Below, piece by piece: positions 61,896 through 64,000 of a stretch of 64,000 bases of DNA. Every line of letters begins with the position of its first letter. The stretch's first letter is position 1. This stretch comes from Malacoraja senta. Its lineage: Eukaryota. The stretch is taken from contig CM075989.1 in the NCBI GenBank assembly GCA_038087875.1, positions 10,170,001-10,234,000 on the forward strand, read 5' to 3'. The notes beneath the pieces are model-generated. The model was given only the letters and a program-made list of their open reading frames with translations. It was not told where the DNA came from and searched no databases. The translations under genes were made by a program, and so were the position numbers.

Positions 61896-62651
61896 TGATG
61901 GAACTACAGAGGGACTTGGTGCTGAATCACGGAGTGGAGGGAGACGTTCATCAACGTCTGATCTCCAGCTCATTCTGTACCTCCATGCTGAAGTGCAACG
62001 GCCTGCATTTCACTGAAAAACTGCTGGCTAGTTGTCAGTACAATCCAGCGGTGAATCTCACCAAATAACTCCCACCTTTCTTCATTATCGTGTTCATACG
62101 TACAATGTCCCCTTTGGTAACAGGTGAAGGTTGCAGTAAACAGAGACCGAATAGCTCACCGCCCACCCACTATACTTGGCATGTGGTGACTTGGGCAAAC
62201 TGCTGCAAGTTGGCCAAGTGACAATTTCTGGGTGAGCGCTCTTATCGATGCTTTCAAGGAAAGGGGCGTCTAACCCAAGAGACAGAGATGGCATGGCACC
62301 ACTTGTGAACTGCCGAGGTGAGGTCTGCAATATGATTTTACCGTGTTTCATGCAAAACAAGGGAGTTCACTGTACCTAGGTACCTGGGACAATAAAATAT
62401 CATTGAATCATCAAATGGAATAAATCAGATCAAAGAAGATAAAAGGAATCGGTCGTCAAATCGAAACATGCATAAATCTCAGAAGTAGTTCATAAAGATA
62501 GTTACTGCGAAAATTTGCTTCTTTATAATTGCTTTATTGTAATTATAAATACAATATGCCAGTAACTTTAAAGAATTCCTGAGGCTGAAATGAATTCTGA
62601 AGGGTCACTTGGAATTTAAGCAGAGTTTTAGGAAGCACTATATCACAAAGT

Positions 62652-62665
62652 CCACTAGATGGCAG
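62652..62665 (+). promoter_or_regulatory. CTCF motif (candidate)
   Basis: CCACTAGATGGCAG fully matches CCASYAGRKGGCRS and lies in non-repeat sequence. Confidence 0.55.
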
Positions 62666-63370
62666 AGGTTATTGAGAAATGTCCTATTCTCTGAGCATTC
62701 ATGAAGTGTTTTTGAACTGAGGGATCAGTCCTGGTGTTGCCTGGGAATGGAATGTTTCCACTGTGTATTTAATGATTCCATTCTGTTGGCAGGCTGCACA
62801 ACACTAACATTGCTTAATCAATGTACCTTAAATGGCAGCCTCTCAAAAGCTGCCCTCTCACCGGGGCCACACTGAGTGACATTTGCTTTCATCGGGAACA
62901 TTACCACAAATAAGCTCTTTCACACAGCTGAACAGTGTCGAGTCGAGTGGGCGGTGCCGGCACGGGGCGCTGAAGTTGCTGAGATTGAGCAGTTATCAGT
63001 AAAAGGTGGAGAGGCGGTGGGGGTGGAGTAGGAGGGGGCGCTGACTTTGTTCTTGTGCTCGGCTGAAGTTGGACTCGCGATACAAATAGTTCACGGTGCA
63101 TGCCGCGCTCCTGATGCTCCGTCCCCTCCCCTCCCTCCCTCCCTCCATCGAGCCCCAAACATCAGGTTGGCTTAATGGTGCCGTTTAAAGATTGAAAGAG
63201 GCACTCTGCAGAGTGGGACCCACACTAGCTGAGAAGGTTAGACCTCATTCCACAGTTCTCAGTCTACGATGCGAGAGAGCGCAGAGGACAGCAAGTGTGC
63301 ACAGTCTGGTATCGTCCAAGGTCCTGTAACATCCTCTGATAACAAAAAGCACTCCAGAGATAATGAATCA

Positions 63371-63400
63371 GTCTGAAGAAGGGTCTCGACCCGAAACGTT
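63371..63400 (+). ncRNA. Minimal hammerhead-ribozyme-like core in a Penelope-terminus remnant
   Basis: CUGAAGA-A-GGGU(CUCG)ACCC-GAAAC-GUU; cleavage triplet altered and stem I lost, so probably inactive. Confidence 0.45.
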
Positions 63401-64000
63401 CTTCTTGTTCTTGTTCTAAACTTGTTCTTCTCATCCACCCAACAGTTCGGTGGATCTGAAGATAGACACAAAGTGTTGGAATAACTCAGCAAGTGAGGCA
63501 GCATCCATGTACACTTTTGTTTGTTAGTGCATTTATATAGCTTCTATAGGGCAAGAAAATATCCCAATTACCTTGGCATATTTTTTTCACCCTCTTACGT
63601 TCTCTCTAAATCCAGGCGTTATAATGCAGAGATGATATGAGGCAGGGTTGAATTCACCAAATCAACTGGCAAAATGGTGATACAAGGGGACATGCACAAG
63701 GTTGCTGGGGAGCAAACTTCTTCTTACTTATGGCATGCACAGCCTAAAGTTGAAGACACCAAAACACTACATCTATTTGTTTGTGCACGTCAGGTTGATT
63801 GCATTAGTCGAAACAGGGTGGACCACGTGAAGGTTGCCATCTCCCACCCCAGGGGCAAACTGGAACAGGACCCTCATTAAAAGGTATCAAGCTGTGAATG
63901 TGATCTGAGGAAACACATATGGATGCCTCCAAAAGTCACAAGATTAACATTTTTGCACAAAGTTGAGGGTTTCACATTTTCATTCTGTTATGAAGTTCGT

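Noticed and set aside
61877..62360. Short protein-like ORFs after the CR1
   Set aside because: No recognisable domain or consistent splice signals.

Overview
Eukaryotic, repeat-dense DNA from a cartilaginous fish, most likely a skate or ray. This assignment rests on HE1-type V-SINEs, HER1/CR1 LINEs and SacSINE1-like Deu-SINEs, recognised from memory of these families without a database search. I find no intact host gene; the window looks intronic or gene-desert-like, with several AT-rich, repeat-poor blocks that may be conserved non-coding elements. Nearly all long ORFs are retrotransposon-derived or microsatellite artefacts. Mobile elements include CR1, L2 (one uninterrupted RT frame), Rex1/Babar, an RLE-clade (Hero-like) LINE end, Penelope-derived palindromes, and Harbinger-, hAT- and Tigger-like non-autonomous DNA transposons. 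Four observations stand out. (1) A ~1.9 kb TIR-bounded insertion (7033-8968) splits a SINE and carries what looks like the first coding exon of TDP2, with Kozak ATG, UBA-like domain and splice donor; other MITEs here also carry CpG-rich cargo, suggesting Pack-type gene capture. (2) Many fold-back Penelope-terminus elements contain a minimal hammerhead-ribozyme core. (3) A non-tRNA, Rex/Babar-tailed retroposon family has a conserved hairpin. (4) Three co-oriented CTCF-like motifs cluster near 62.6-63.0 kb. Coordinates of old, degenerate repeats are approximate.
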